Origin: Acidobacteriota bacterium
Lineage (GTDB): Bacteria; Acidobacteriota; UBA890; WLXD01
Assembly: GCA_965248845.1 (NCBI GenBank)
Contig: CBDFKO010000002.1
Span: 1,820,564 to 1,884,563 of the forward strand
Length of the DNA: 64,000 nucleotides
Direction: 5' to 3'
The notes beneath the pieces are model-generated. The model did not search any database, was not told where the DNA came from, and saw nothing but the letters and a program-made list of their open reading frames with translations. Of this stretch, positions 26,091 through 35,970 are shown piece by piece. How positions within the stretch are numbered: position 1 is the first letter of the stretch; every line of letters starts with the position of its first letter. A program made the position numbers and the translations under genes.

Positions 26091-28786
26091 CGGTTCACCT
26101 CCTCGTCGGGTTCCGTAGGCCGGCCGCGGCGTCCGCCTTCGGCCGGTTGCTGCTTGGCCACGAGCTGCTCGCGCTCGTTGGCGATGGCCGCCCGCATCTG
26201 TGCGTCGGCGGCGCGATCGAAGTAGGGCAGGCCGTCAACGAACGTCATCTCGACGACCCCGTAGACACTCAGCGGATGGCCCTCGTAGATCGCCAGGTCG
26301 GCGTCCTTGCCGACCTCGATCGACCCGACCCACTGATCGATACCCAGCTGGATCGCCGGGTTGAGGGTGACCATGCGAAGCGCCTCGTTCTCACTCATGC
26401 CACCCCACTTCATCGTCTTGGCGGCCTCCTGATTGAGATGGCGAATCTCCTCGCCCGAGTCCGAGTTGATCGACACGGTGACACCGCGATCCGTCATGAT
26501 CGCAGCGTTGTAGGGAATCGCCTCGTAGGCCTCGACCTTGTAGGCCCACCAGTCGGAGAAGGTCGAGGCGCCGGCTCCGTGCTCGGCGATCTCGTCGGCG
26601 ACGCGGTAGCCCTCGAGCACGTGCTGAAGCGTGCCGATCCGCACGTCGAACTCCTCGGCCACGCGCAGCAACTGCAGGATCTCGTCGGCCCGGTAGGAGT
26701 GTGCATGCACCAGCCGAGTGCCCTCGAGGATCTCGACGATCGGATCGAGCGTCAAGTTGCGGCGCGGCGGGATCACGCCCTCCTCGCCGTCGGAGATCGC
26801 CTGCTCGTAGCGACGGCCCTCGGCCTGGTACTCCTGCGCATCCAGGAAGGTCTGACGGATGACGTCCATCACGCCCATGCGCGAGTTGGGATAGCGGTCG
26901 GGATTGCGATCGCGCTTGACGTTCTCACCGAGCGCGAACTTGATGCCGAGCGGTGCCTGCTGCATCAGCAGACCGTGGGCGTCGGCGCCCCAGCGCAGCT
27001 TGATGACCGCGTTGCGGCCGCCGATCGGGTTGGCCGAGCCGTGAAGGACGTTCGCGGTCGTGACGCCGCCCGCCAGAGTTCGGTAGATCGAGACCTGGTC
27101 AGGATTAATCACGTCCCGGATCCCACCCATCGCCGATACGGAGACCGAGCCCTCGTTGATGGCCTCGGCCGCTATGTGGGAGTGGGCGTCGATGATGCCC
27201 GGGATCACGTACTTGCCGGTGGCGTCGACGACGTGTGCTCCGGACGGCGCCGACAGGCCGGTGCTGACCTCGGCGATCTTGCCGTCGCGAATCAGCACAT
27301 CGCCATTCTCGATCGTGGCGCCGCTGACCGTGATCACCGTGGCGTTGCGGATCAAGGTTGCGGTATTGGAGCGCACGGGTCCCCGGGTCTTGGCCATCGG
27401 TATGGCCTCGTACGGGCCGGTCTCCTCTTCGGCCTCACCATCGGTGTCCTCCTCGACCTCGAAGAGGTGACCGTCGACGATCGTCTGCTTGACCTTGGTT
27501 CCGGCGCTGAACAGGTCGCCGTCGGCAAGCACCACGTTGGCAATCTTGCCGGCCTCGATGCTGCCCAGCCGATCGGACACTCCGAAGAGCTCGGCCGGCG
27601 CCATCGTGAAGGCGTGCAGAGCCGCATCGGCCGGCAGGCCGGCGCGCACGGCGAGGCGCGCACTGCGCAGCACGTCGCCGGCTGACGACAGCGAGCCCGA
27701 GGTGAACGCGAAGCGCGCCCCCGCTGCGTGCAGAGCAGCCGGGGTGGTCGGGGCGCGGTCGAGGTAGCGGAGCGTCTGCAGCGGTTCCTCAGCCTCCGGA
27801 TCGCCGTTGGCGTTGCGCTTGGGCCAGTCGAGGTTCACGAGAACCGGGATGTTGTTGGCCGCCAGGAACTCGGCCACCTCGTAGCCCTGTCGGCCGCCGT
27901 AAATGATGGGGCTGACGCCGATGTCCCGCGCGATGTCGGCGGTGCGCTTGATCTCACGCGCCAAGTCGGCGGCGAAGAGCACCGGCTGGCCGTCGGCGAG
28001 CGCCTCGCGCAAGGGCTCGAGGGCACGATCGTAGCGGGGTCGAGCGACACCTCCGGGGGAGGCAGCATAGATCGCCCAGGCGTCGTCGTAATGGCGGGCG
28101 TCGAAGAAGGTCTGCTTGATGTAGGCGATGATGCCCATCAGCGAGCTCGGGAAGCCGGCGAAGTCGCGACCCTTGGTGAAGCTCGTCATCACCGCGACCG
28201 GAGTGGCCACGACCATATCGTTCGGGCGTGCGCCGGCCAGGTTGATGACCGCCGCGTTGCCGGGCAACAGTCCCTTGGAGGGACTCGTCACGACGGTCGT
28301 GAAACCGGCGTTGCGCCAGGCCTCGATGCGCGAGTCGCCCGACTCGAGGTTGTCGGCGGCGTTCACCCAGGTGAAGGTCGCGGGCCGGTCCTCGGCGCTG
28401 CGCGCGTACTCGTCCGGATCTACCTGTTGGCCGCCTCCGCCGCCAAAGCCGGGGAAGCCGCCGCCCTGCGAGGCTTGTAGCTCCGAGGGCAACGCCAGCG
28501 TCGTCAGTGCATCGATCAAACCGGGATAGGCGGTGAGACCGCTGCTATCCAACGTCCAGGCACCGGGCGGCACCGCGACGTCGGCGCCGACAGCGCTGAT
28601 GAGCCCGTCCTGGATGACGATGGTTCCTGATTCGATGGCTGTGCCGGTACCGGTGACGATCCGTACCCCGGTAATGGCGTAGTGAGGTGGGGGTGCCTGT
28701 GCCGACACCGAGGCCGGTGACGAGGCGACGACGAGGAGACCGACAAGCAGCGCGGCGAACCCGCCGCGCAGACGCCTACTCCACAT
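26087..28786 (-). CDS. secreted two-domain amidohydrolase-family protein (N-terminal degenerate domain + C-terminal domain with intact HxH)
   Basis: N-domain has AYPGLIDALTTLALP (His-less). C-domain has VIPGIIDAHSHIAAEAI plus later His/Asp residues. Signal peptide MWSRRLRGGFAALLVGLLVVASSPASVSA. Confidence 0.7.
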   Translation of the reverse strand: MWSRRLRGGFAALLVGLLVVASSPASVSAQAPPPHYAITGVRIVTGTGTAIESGTIVIQDGLISAVGADVAVPPGAWTLDSSGLTAYPGLIDALTTLALPSELQASQGGGFPGFGGGGGQQVDPDEYARSAEDRPATFTWVNAADNLESGDSRIEAWRNAGFTTVVTSPSKGLLPGNAAVINLAGARPNDMVVATPVAVMTSFTKGRDFAGFPSSLMGIIAYIKQTFFDARHYDDAWAIYAASPGGVARPRYDRALEPLREALADGQPVLFAADLAREIKRTADIARDIGVSPIIYGGRQGYEVAEFLAANNIPVLVNLDWPKRNANGDPEAEEPLQTLRYLDRAPTTPAALHAAGARFAFTSGSLSSAGDVLRSARLAVRAGLPADAALHAFTMAPAELFGVSDRLGSIEAGKIANVVLADGDLFSAGTKVKQTIVDGHLFEVEEDTDGEAEEETGPYEAIPMAKTRGPVRSNTATLIRNATVITVSGATIENGDVLIRDGKIAEVSTGLSAPSGAHVVDATGKYVIPGIIDAHSHIAAEAINEGSVSVSAMGGIRDVINPDQVSIYRTLAGGVTTANVLHGSANPIGGRNAVIKLRWGADAHGLLMQQAPLGIKFALGENVKRDRNPDRYPNSRMGVMDVIRQTFLDAQEYQAEGRRYEQAISDGEEGVIPPRRNLTLDPIVEILEGTRLVHAHSYRADEILQLLRVAEEFDVRIGTLQHVLEGYRVADEIAEHGAGASTFSDWWAYKVEAYEAIPYNAAIMTDRGVTVSINSDSGEEIRHLNQEAAKTMKWGGMSENEALRMVTLNPAIQLGIDQWVGSIEVGKDADLAIYEGHPLSVYGVVEMTFVDGLPYFDRAADAQMRAAIANEREQLVAKQQPAEGGRRGRPTEPDEEVNR

Positions 28787-28927
28787 GGGCTGCTCCTGTG
28801 TGAGTTGGGAAATCGAGCGGCGCGGGGAACCCTAGGGTAATCCTCGGCCGCGATTCCGTCCACGCCGGTAGGGGCACTGCTTGACAACGATTCGGGTACC
28901 ATCGCCCCGCTGTTCCGCCGCGCCGTC

Positions 28928-29950
28928 TTGTCGCTGGAGAGGGAGCCCATGCCATCCGATCTGTGCCATCGCAGCCTGCTGACCCTGCTCGATTTCACTC
29001 CCGATGAGATCCGCTCGCTGCTGTCGCTCGCCGCCGATCTGAAGGCAACCAAGCGCGCCGGCGCGGAGGAGCCGCGGCTGGTCGGCAAGAACATCGCGCT
29101 GATCTTCGAGAAGGACTCGACGCGCACCCGCTGTGCCTTCGAGGTCGCGGCGGCCGATCAAGGCGCCTCGACGACCTACCTGGGCCCGTCTGGTTCGCAG
29201 ATCGGGCACAAGGAGTCGATGAAGGACACCGCCCGCGTCCTCGGCCGCATGTACGACGGCATCCAGTACCGTGGCTTTGCCCAGCGGACCTGCGAGGAGC
29301 TGGCCGAGCATGCCGGCGTGCCGGTGTGGAATGGCCTCACCGATCGCTTCCATCCGACCCAGGTCCTCGCCGACGTGCTCACCATGCAGGAGCACTCTGA
29401 CAAGCGTCTCGCCGACGTCGCCTACGCCTACCTGGGGGATGCTCGTAACAACATGGGCAACTCGCTGCTCGTCGGCGGCGCCAAGCTCGGTATGGACGTC
29501 CGCATCGTGGCGCCCGAGGCCCTGTGGCCGGCCGCGGGGCTGCGCCACCAGTGTGTGGCGATCGCGGCCGAGACCGGCGCTCGGCTCACCTTCACCGAAG
29601 AGGTCGCGGACGGCGTGCAGGGCGCCGATTTCCTGCACACCGACGTGTGGGTCTCGATGGGCGAGCCGGACGAAGTGTGGGACGCTCGCATCGGCCTCTT
29701 GAAGCCGTATCAAGTGAACAGCGACGCGCTGCGTGCCACCGGCAACCCGGACGTCAAGTTCATGCACTGCCTGCCCGCGTTCCACAACCGCGAGACCAAG
29801 GTCGGCGAGCAGGTCTATGCGAAGTTCGGACTCGACGGCATCGAGGTCACCGAAGAGGTCTTCGAATCGGCCCACTCGATTGTCTTCGAGCAGGCCGAGA
29901 ACCGTGTCCACACGATCAAGGCGGTAATGGTCGCCACCCTCGCCGACTGA
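28928..29950 (+). CDS. ornithine carbamoyltransferase (ArgF/ArcB type)
   Basis: STRTR carbamoyl-phosphate motif, HPTQ, DVWVSMG and HCLPAFH motifs. An alternative start is M at 28949. Confidence 0.85.
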   Translation: MSLEREPMPSDLCHRSLLTLLDFTPDEIRSLLSLAADLKATKRAGAEEPRLVGKNIALIFEKDSTRTRCAFEVAAADQGASTTYLGPSGSQIGHKESMKDTARVLGRMYDGIQYRGFAQRTCEELAEHAGVPVWNGLTDRFHPTQVLADVLTMQEHSDKRLADVAYAYLGDARNNMGNSLLVGGAKLGMDVRIVAPEALWPAAGLRHQCVAIAAETGARLTFTEEVADGVQGADFLHTDVWVSMGEPDEVWDARIGLLKPYQVNSDALRATGNPDVKFMHCLPAFHNRETKVGEQVYAKFGLDGIEVTEEVFESAHSIVFEQAENRVHTIKAVMVATLAD

Positions 29951-29956
29951 GCGGGC

Positions 29957-30319
29957 TCACGCCAGGGGAACCACGCCGGAGCCCAAGATCTTCCGGTCCC
30001 GCGTAAGAAGCGGCGCTCCGTGTACTAGGCTGGTCGAGGCGATGATCTCGTCCGCGGGGTCGCTGACGAAGTCGAGCTGCTCGATCGCCCCGCACACGCT
30101 CAGCGTTATGGGCCAGGTGTGAAGCCGTTGGATCGCCCGCCGGACCTCCGGGTCCTCGAGATTCAGCTCCAGTCGGCCGAGTTGCACTAGCTTGGCCAGC
30201 TCCCAGAGCACGATTGTCGAAATGCCCCATCGATGGGCTGTCAGCAAATCGTGCTCGCGCCGGGTCGGTTCGCCGAACAGGGCGTGGACCAGGATGTGGG
30301 TGTCAAGATTCAGCATTCC
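29957..30319 (-). CDS. vapC: type II toxin VapC (PIN-domain ribonuclease)
   Basis: MLNLDTHILV...WELAKL...TRDRKIL PIN acidic residues. Overlaps the upstream antitoxin ORF by 17 nt. Confidence 0.7.
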   Translation of the reverse strand, partial: GMLNLDTHILVHALFGEPTRREHDLLTAHRWGISTIVLWELAKLVQLGRLELNLEDPEVRRAIQRLHTWPITLSVCGAIEQLDFVSDPADEIIASTSLVHGAPLLTRDRKILGSGVVPLA

Positions 30320-30521
30320 ATCGCAGGCCGGTCGAGAGCAGGTCGCCCTTGACCTTGATCTTGTCGCGGAGCAGGCCGATGAGCTCCGCGTCCGCCGCGC
30401 CATAGGGAATGAGCTTGGCGACGGGCCGACCGTGCTTGGTGATCACGATTCCGTCCGGCCCGACACTGTCGAGCAGGGCGAGGCACTGCTCCTTGAACTT
30501 CGCCGCGCCGATTTGTTCCAT
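30303..30521 (-). CDS. type II antitoxin, Phd/YefM family
   Basis: MEQIGAAKFKEQCLALLDSVGPDGIVITKHGRPVAKLIPY is a Phd/YefM-like N-terminus. Directly 5' of and overlapping vapC. Confidence 0.65.
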   Translation of the reverse strand: MEQIGAAKFKEQCLALLDSVGPDGIVITKHGRPVAKLIPYGAADAELIGLLRDKIKVKGDLLSTGLRWNAES

Positions 30522-30629
30522 GGGAACGATGGGACGGCCGGCGTCTGGCGCGATACCGGGTTGAAACCTGGGGGTGGATGGAGACAATGCGGCGGAGCGC
30601 CTTCGCCCCGATAGCTTCGAGGATCGAGA

Positions 30630-32289
30630 ATGCAACGAACACGCCCTGTACAGAGCTGGCACGCTCGCGCCCTGATCGTTGCCCTCGTTCTGAGCGCGCT
30701 GGCGGGGGCCAGCGGCTCCCACGCTCAGCAATCACCGTCGGCGTCGGCGCTCAAGGAGCAGGCGCGCGAGATCGTCGGTTCGATGGGCAAGATGTCGCAG
30801 GTAATGGTCGACTCGATCTTCTCCTTCGGAGAGCTCGGCTTTCAGGAGTTCGAGACGGCGGAGTACGTCACCGGGATTCTGCGCGACGAGGGATTCGAGA
30901 TCGGACCGGTTGCGCCGGCATGCCCACCTGCTACGTAGCGACCTGGGGCTTGGGCCATCCCGTGATCGGCTTCATGGGTGACATCGACGGGTTGCCGGAG
31001 ACCTCGCAGAAGCCGGGGGTCGCGTATCAGGACCCGCTGATTCCCGGCGGTCCGGGGCACGGCGAGGGGCACAACTCGGCGGCCGCCGTCGACGTGATCG
31101 CGGCCATCGCCACCAAGCGTGTGATGCAGGAGCACGGCCTCCACGGAACGTTGAAGGTGATCCCAGGGGTCGCGGAAGAGCTGGTCGCCTCGCGCACCTA
31201 CAATGGTGAACGACGGGTTGTTCGAAGGCATGGACGTGATGCTGTCGACCCACATCGCTTCGACCATGGCCACGTTCTGGGGAATCCAAGGCTCCGGACT
31301 CGTGTCGACGCAGTTCACCTTCCATGGCCGCTCGGCGCACGGTGCAGGCTCACCCTGGGCGGGTCGCTCGGCGCTCGATGCGGTGGAGTTGATGAACGTC
31401 GGTTGGAACTTCCGTCGCGAGCATCTGAGGGCCAGGCGGCACCGAAGACGCGCTCGGTGACCTCGGTGTCGGTCATCATGGTGGCGGCCTCGGCGATTCG
31501 TTGGCCGATGCCGTGGAGATCCTTGATGCGCTCGTAGTCGAGCTCGCGGAAGTAGTACCAGACGCTGGCTTCCGACGGCACGACGTTGGGCTGGTTGCCG
31601 CCGTGCGGAATTATGTAGTGGGATCGCTGCTGCAGCCGCACATGAGCAAGCCGCTGGCGGAAGTCATGCACGCCAACATCCTCGAGGTCGGGATGCCGGA
31701 GTGGTCGGAGGCCGACCAGGCGCTTGCCCGATCGGTGCAGGAGATGATGGGCACCAAGGGAGAGCGGAGCTGGTTCGGCGCTCTCGTCGACGGGCTGCCG
31801 ACCGAGCTGGTGAGCGAGGAGTTGCAGGAGTCGCAGCAGGGAATGGGCGGCGGCTCTGACGATATTGCCGAGGTTTCCTGGAGCCTGCCGACGGTCCGTC
31901 TCGTCTACCCGGGGCAGATTCCGGGAGTGACGGCGCATCACTGGTCCTCGGGCATCTCGATGGCCACGCCGATCGCGCACAAGGGCGCCAACCACGGCGC
32001 CCGGGTGATCGCCATGACCGCCATCGATCTGCTGGCCAACCCGGACAAGGTCGAGGAGGCGTGGACCTATTTCCGCGAGGTCACCACCAAGGACCAGCAG
32101 TGGGCGTCGTTGATTCCCGAGGGAACGCCCCCGCCGATCCACCTCAACGAGGAGAAGATGGCGCGCTTCCGGCCACAGCTCGAGCAGCTGCGCTACGACC
32201 CCGATCGATTCCAGACCTACCTCGAACAGCTCGGGATCGAGTACCCGACGGTGCGTGAGCCGGAGCACGAGGCCGGATCACCCCGCTAA
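30630..32289 (+). pseudogene. M20D-family amidohydrolase (AbgB-like), secreted, paralog 1, inactivated by two frameshifts and an internal 208-bp inversion
   Basis: Collinear with the intact paralog at 34310..35947 (e.g. GFMGDIDGLPETSQKPGVAYQDPLIPGGPGHGEGHNSAAAVDVIAAIATKRVMQEHGL identical). Frame breaks near 30912 and 31205. The segment 31428..31635 encodes LQQRSHYIIPHGGNQPNVVPSEASVWYYFRELDYERIKDLHGIGQRIAEAATMMTDTEVTERVFGAAWP on the opposite strand. Confidence 0.8.
31428..31635. other. 208-bp inverted segment inside M20D paralog 1
   Basis: Left junction catctg|AGGGCCAGGCGGCACC... equals the RC of ...GGTGCCGCCTGGCCCT found in normal orientation in paralog 2. Right junction ...GTGGGATCGCTGCTGCAG|ccgcacatgagcaag. 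The central peptide of the enzyme is readable only on the minus strand. Confidence 0.8.
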
Positions 32290-32395
32290 CTACTTGCCCC
32301 GGAAAAACTCCGATCAGAGGTAACTGAAGTCGCGGCGATCACCCAGGAAGAGGATGGCGGCGGGGCGCGGGTCAGCCCAGCGGGGTTGGGGACGA

Positions 32396-33859
32396 TTACG
32401 TCTCCATAAGTGCGACGGTATCCAGGTCGTAGGCGAACACGGCCCAGCTTTCCCAGATCCGAGCGCCTTGGATACCCCGTAGTCGTGAGCGCCCGGCGTG
32501 GTAGGAACGTTTCAGGTGGGAGATTCGTCCCTCGTTGCCGACCCGGTAGCGGGCCCGGCGACGCCAGGTGTGTCGGGATGCGCAGCGGGTGACACCGGCG
32601 ATGAACACCTCGCAGCCCAGCTCGGCGAGGGTTTCGGTAGTGGCCTTGCGGGAAAAACCAGCGTCGAAGACAGCTTCGCGGGGCCGCAGACCCAGGGCGG
32701 TTACCTCGGCCACGTTGTGTGGCAACAGCGTGTCGTCGTGGGTCGAGCCGGCACGTAGCTTCGGAGGCATCAGCAAGCCTCGGGCACCGCGGCGCGTATG
32801 GGCGTTGAGCTCGGCGAACTGCACGATGTAGCCGAACTCGTTGGGCTTGCCCCGCTTGCCACGGCGGATGGGACGGGCGTCCGGATGATCCGCCAAGGAC
32901 ACCAGCCGGTCCTTGATCCGTTCGCCGCGGAAGCGTTGCTGTACCTGCTGGACAACCCGCTGCGCCCGTTCGATCTCCTCGTTCAGTCGTGCCAGCGCCC
33001 GCTGCCGTCCTTGCGCTGAACTACCAGCTGCTCGAGCACGCCGTCGCTGGGCCTCACGCACCAGCCGCTGTGCCTCCCGAAGGCTCGCCCGCACGTGGGT
33101 GGCAGCCTCCTTGGTGTATCGCTCGACGGCAGCTTGCCCCTCGCCCCGTCGTTGCCGGAGTCGCTGGCTCATCGTTCGGAGCCGCTTGCCGACCGCTCGG
33201 GAGCGATCCCGCACCGTCGCGCCGATACTCGGGATTACCTTGCGCACCGCTCGTGCGACGTACGCCAGGCGTCGCACGGCATCGGCGCATAGCCCCGCAT
33301 CGGTGGGATAGCGGATGTCGGCTTGCACCACTGTGGAGTCCACCCGCATCGCCCGCGGCCGAAAGTGCCGCTCATGGCACGCCTTGCTGATCAGGGCTCG
33401 GATCATCTCCTGTACCAGCTCGGCGTCCAGCCGCCGGGTCAGCTTGCGCACCGTCGATTCATGCGGCACCCGCTCATCCAGGCGCAGCAGACAGAAGCGC
33501 CGCAAGTGCAGCGAGTCCGATACCTCCCGCATCAGCGTCTCGTAGCCCCAGCCGCTACGTTGCTTGATCAGCATCAGCCGCACGTACATGGCCATCGGGA
33601 TCGTCGGCCGGCCCATGCCCCGGGCGCCATCATCCCAGGCCCTGTGAAACGGCTCCAGCAGCGCCGCATCCGAAAGCAGCGTATCGATGATCGCCAGATC
33701 CTTGGGCAGGATCTGCACCTCCGGTGGCAATAGCATCTCCCACAGCGTCGTGACCGGACGATCGGGCGTCAGCCGCAGCATATCGACCTCTCCTGGGCGG
33801 GCGAGGTTCCCCGGAAGTATATATGCTTGCGGGCATCGTCGCGAGGTATCCTTCCCCAC
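32396..33859 (-). CDS. DDE transposase (about 460-487 aa) with DUF772-like N-terminal domain
   Basis: GRPTIPMAMYVRLMLIKQRSGWGYETLMREVSDSLHLRRFCLL (DUF772-like). ...KRGKPNEFGYIVQFAE...VFDAGFS (DDE region). Probable start MLRLTPDRP at 33781. Confidence 0.7.
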   Translation of the reverse strand: MGKDTSRRCPQAYILPGNLARPGEVDMLRLTPDRPVTTLWEMLLPPEVQILPKDLAIIDTLLSDAALLEPFHRAWDDGARGMGRPTIPMAMYVRLMLIKQRSGWGYETLMREVSDSLHLRRFCLLRLDERVPHESTVRKLTRRLDAELVQEMIRALISKACHERHFRPRAMRVDSTVVQADIRYPTDAGLCADAVRRLAYVARAVRKVIPSIGATVRDRSRAVGKRLRTMSQRLRQRRGEGQAAVERYTKEAATHVRASLREAQRLVREAQRRRARAAGSSAQGRQRALARLNEEIERAQRVVQQVQQRFRGERIKDRLVSLADHPDARPIRRGKRGKPNEFGYIVQFAELNAHTRRGARGLLMPPKLRAGSTHDDTLLPHNVAEVTALGLRPREAVFDAGFSRKATTETLAELGCEVFIAGVTRCASRHTWRRRARYRVGNEGRISHLKRSYHAGRSRLRGIQGARIWESWAVFAYDLDTVALMET

Positions 33860-33862
33860 ACC

Positions 33863-34276
33863 ATGCCTGCTTCTGCCTCCAAACAGCTCGAGCGCCTACA
33901 GCACCGCTACCACCAGCTCGCCCTCCAGATCCCCGAGATCGGCTTCATCCTCAAGGGCTCTGTGGCGCAGCGCTCCAGCCGCTGCGGCAAGTCCAACTGC
34001 CACTGCCACGCCGACCCCCCTCAGCTGCACGGGCCCTACTGGCACTGGAGCACCGCGGTCGCGGGCAAGACTGTCAACCGCCACCTCAGCCCCCAGCAGG
34101 CGGTACGGTTTCTTCAGGGAATCGACAACCGCAAGCGCCTCGAGGCCATCCTTGCCCAGATGCACGAGCTGTCCCAGCGAGCCATCGATTTGCTTGACGC
34201 TCACCCCGCCCTTGCCGCCGATACCCCTGCCCCCGCTACGCGGCGCCCGTCCCCGAAACCGTCATCCAAGCCGTGA
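33863..34276 (+). CDS. Cys/His-rich hypothetical protein (137 aa) carried inside the IS, divergent from the transposase
   Basis: MPASASKQLERLQ...RCGKSNCHCHADPPQLHGPYWHWS... has a CxxxxCHCH cluster. It lies entirely between the IS terminal repeats, 80 bp from the transposase start on the opposite strand. Confidence 0.45.
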   Translation: MPASASKQLERLQHRYHQLALQIPEIGFILKGSVAQRSSRCGKSNCHCHADPPQLHGPYWHWSTAVAGKTVNRHLSPQQAVRFLQGIDNRKRLEAILAQMHELSQRAIDLLDAHPALAADTPAPATRRPSPKPSSKP

Positions 34277-34309
34277 GTTTTTCCGGGGCAAGTAACTAAG
34301 GAGAACGTT

Positions 34310-35947
34310 ATGGACCGCCTCTTCAACCGCACCGTGCGGATCTTGGCCGTGCCGCTGCTCGCCGTTCTGTTGGGGATCCCGGGAGCTAGCGCCACTTCAC
34401 CGCCGCAGGCACCCTCGGCGGAAGCGCTCAAGGAACAAGCGCGGGAGATCGTCGGCTCGATGACCAAGATGTCGCAGGTGATGGTCGACTCGATCTTCTC
34501 GTTCGGCGAGCTCGGCTTCCAGGAGCACGCGACCGTGGAGTACATCACGGCGATCCTGCGCGACGAGGGCTTCGAGATCGAGACCGGCTGCGCCGGCATG
34601 CCCACCTGCTACGTGGCCACCTGGGGATCGGGGCACCCGATGATCGGTTTCATGGGCGATATCGACGGGCTGCCAGAAACATCGCAGAAGCCGGGGGTTG
34701 CCTACCAAGACCCGTTGATCCCGGGCGGGCCGGGTCACGGGGAGGGGCACAACAGTGCCGCGGCGGTCGACGTGATCGCGGCGATCGCCACCAAGCGGGT
34801 CATGCAGGAGCATGGACTCCAGGGAACGCTGAAGGTGATCCCCGGCGTGGCGGAGGAACTGGTGTCGTCGCGTACCTATATGGTCAACGCGGGTCTGTTC
34901 GAGGGCATGGACGTGATGCTTTCCACCCACATCAGCTCCAACATGGGCACCGCCTGGGGGATCTCGGGCTCGGGCCTGGTCTCGACCGAGTTCACCTTCC
35001 ACGGGCAATCGGCGCATGGGGCCGGCTCGCCGTGGGCCGGCCGCTCGGCGCTCGACGCGGTGGAGCTGATGAACGTTGGCTGGAACTTCCGGCGCGAGCA
35101 TCTGCGGCTGCAGCAGCGCAGCCACTACATGATTCCGCACGGGGGCAACCAGCCCAACGTCGTGCCGTCGGAGGCGCGCGTCTGGTACTACTTCCGCGAG
35201 CTCGACTACGAGCGCATCAAGGGTCTGCACGCCATCGGCCAGCGCATGGCCCAGGCGGCGGCCATGATGACCGACACCGAGGTCACTGAGCGCGTCTTTG
35301 GCGCCGCCTGGCCCTCCAGCATGAGCAAGCCGCTGGCTGAGCTCATGCATGCCAATATCCTCGAGGTCGGCTTGCCGGAGTGGAGCGAGCAGGACCAGCA
35401 GCTTGCCCGCGCCGTGCAGACCATGATGGAGCGCGACGAGACCGACGGCTTGCCTACCGAGCTGCGCAACGACGGTGAGCTGCGCGAGTCCGACCAGGGC
35501 ATGGGCGGCGGCTCCGACGACATCGCCGAGGTCTCCTGGAACATCCCGACGGTGCGTTTGCGCTACCCCGGCCAGATTCCCGGGACCACCGGACATCACT
35601 GGTCCTCGAGCATCGCGATGGCCACTCCGATCGCCCACAAGGGAGCCAACTACGGCGCCCGGGTCATCGCTATGACGGCGATCGATCTGATCGCCGACCC
35701 CGCCAAGGTCGAGGAAGCCTGGACCTACCATCGTGAGGTCACCACCAAGGACCAGCAGTGGGAGTCCCTGATCCCCGAAGGCACGCCGCCGCCTACGCAT
35801 CTGAACGAGGAGAAGATGGCGCGCTTCCGCCCGCTTCTACAGGAGCTGCGCTACGACCCGGATCGCTTCGAGACCTACTTGGAGCAGTTGGGGATCGCGT
35901 ATCCGAGGACGGTCAAGCCGGATGAGGACTCCGGCGACGGGCGGTAG
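34310..35947 (+). CDS. M20D-family amidohydrolase (AbgB-like), secreted, intact paralog 2
   Basis: 545-aa uninterrupted ORF with signal peptide and metal ligands (GHGEGHN...). AAGGAG RBS 7 nt upstream of the ATG. Confidence 0.8.
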   Translation: MDRLFNRTVRILAVPLLAVLLGIPGASATSPPQAPSAEALKEQAREIVGSMTKMSQVMVDSIFSFGELGFQEHATVEYITAILRDEGFEIETGCAGMPTCYVATWGSGHPMIGFMGDIDGLPETSQKPGVAYQDPLIPGGPGHGEGHNSAAAVDVIAAIATKRVMQEHGLQGTLKVIPGVAEELVSSRTYMVNAGLFEGMDVMLSTHISSNMGTAWGISGSGLVSTEFTFHGQSAHGAGSPWAGRSALDAVELMNVGWNFRREHLRLQQRSHYMIPHGGNQPNVVPSEARVWYYFRELDYERIKGLHAIGQRMAQAAAMMTDTEVTERVFGAAWPSSMSKPLAELMHANILEVGLPEWSEQDQQLARAVQTMMERDETDGLPTELRNDGELRESDQGMGGGSDDIAEVSWNIPTVRLRYPGQIPGTTGHHWSSSIAMATPIAHKGANYGARVIAMTAIDLIADPAKVEEAWTYHREVTTKDQQWESLIPEGTPPPTHLNEEKMARFRPLLQELRYDPDRFETYLEQLGIAYPRTVKPDEDSGDGR

Positions 35948-35970
35948 GGACTGCCCTAGTCCGCCGCCCT

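Larger units (their letters stand above)
32292..34293 (-). mobile_element. 2.0-kb insertion sequence (IS4/IS5-superfamily, possibly IS1182- or IS1380-like) with 18-bp terminal IRs ACTTGCCCCGGAAAAACT and a 4-bp AACT target duplication (32288..32291 / 34294..34297)
   Basis: IRL ACTTGCCCCGGAAAAACT at 32292 and its RC at 34276..34293. Direct repeats AACT on both sides. Inserted 2 nt after the stop codon of M20D paralog 1 and 16 nt before the start of paralog 2. Confidence 0.75.
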
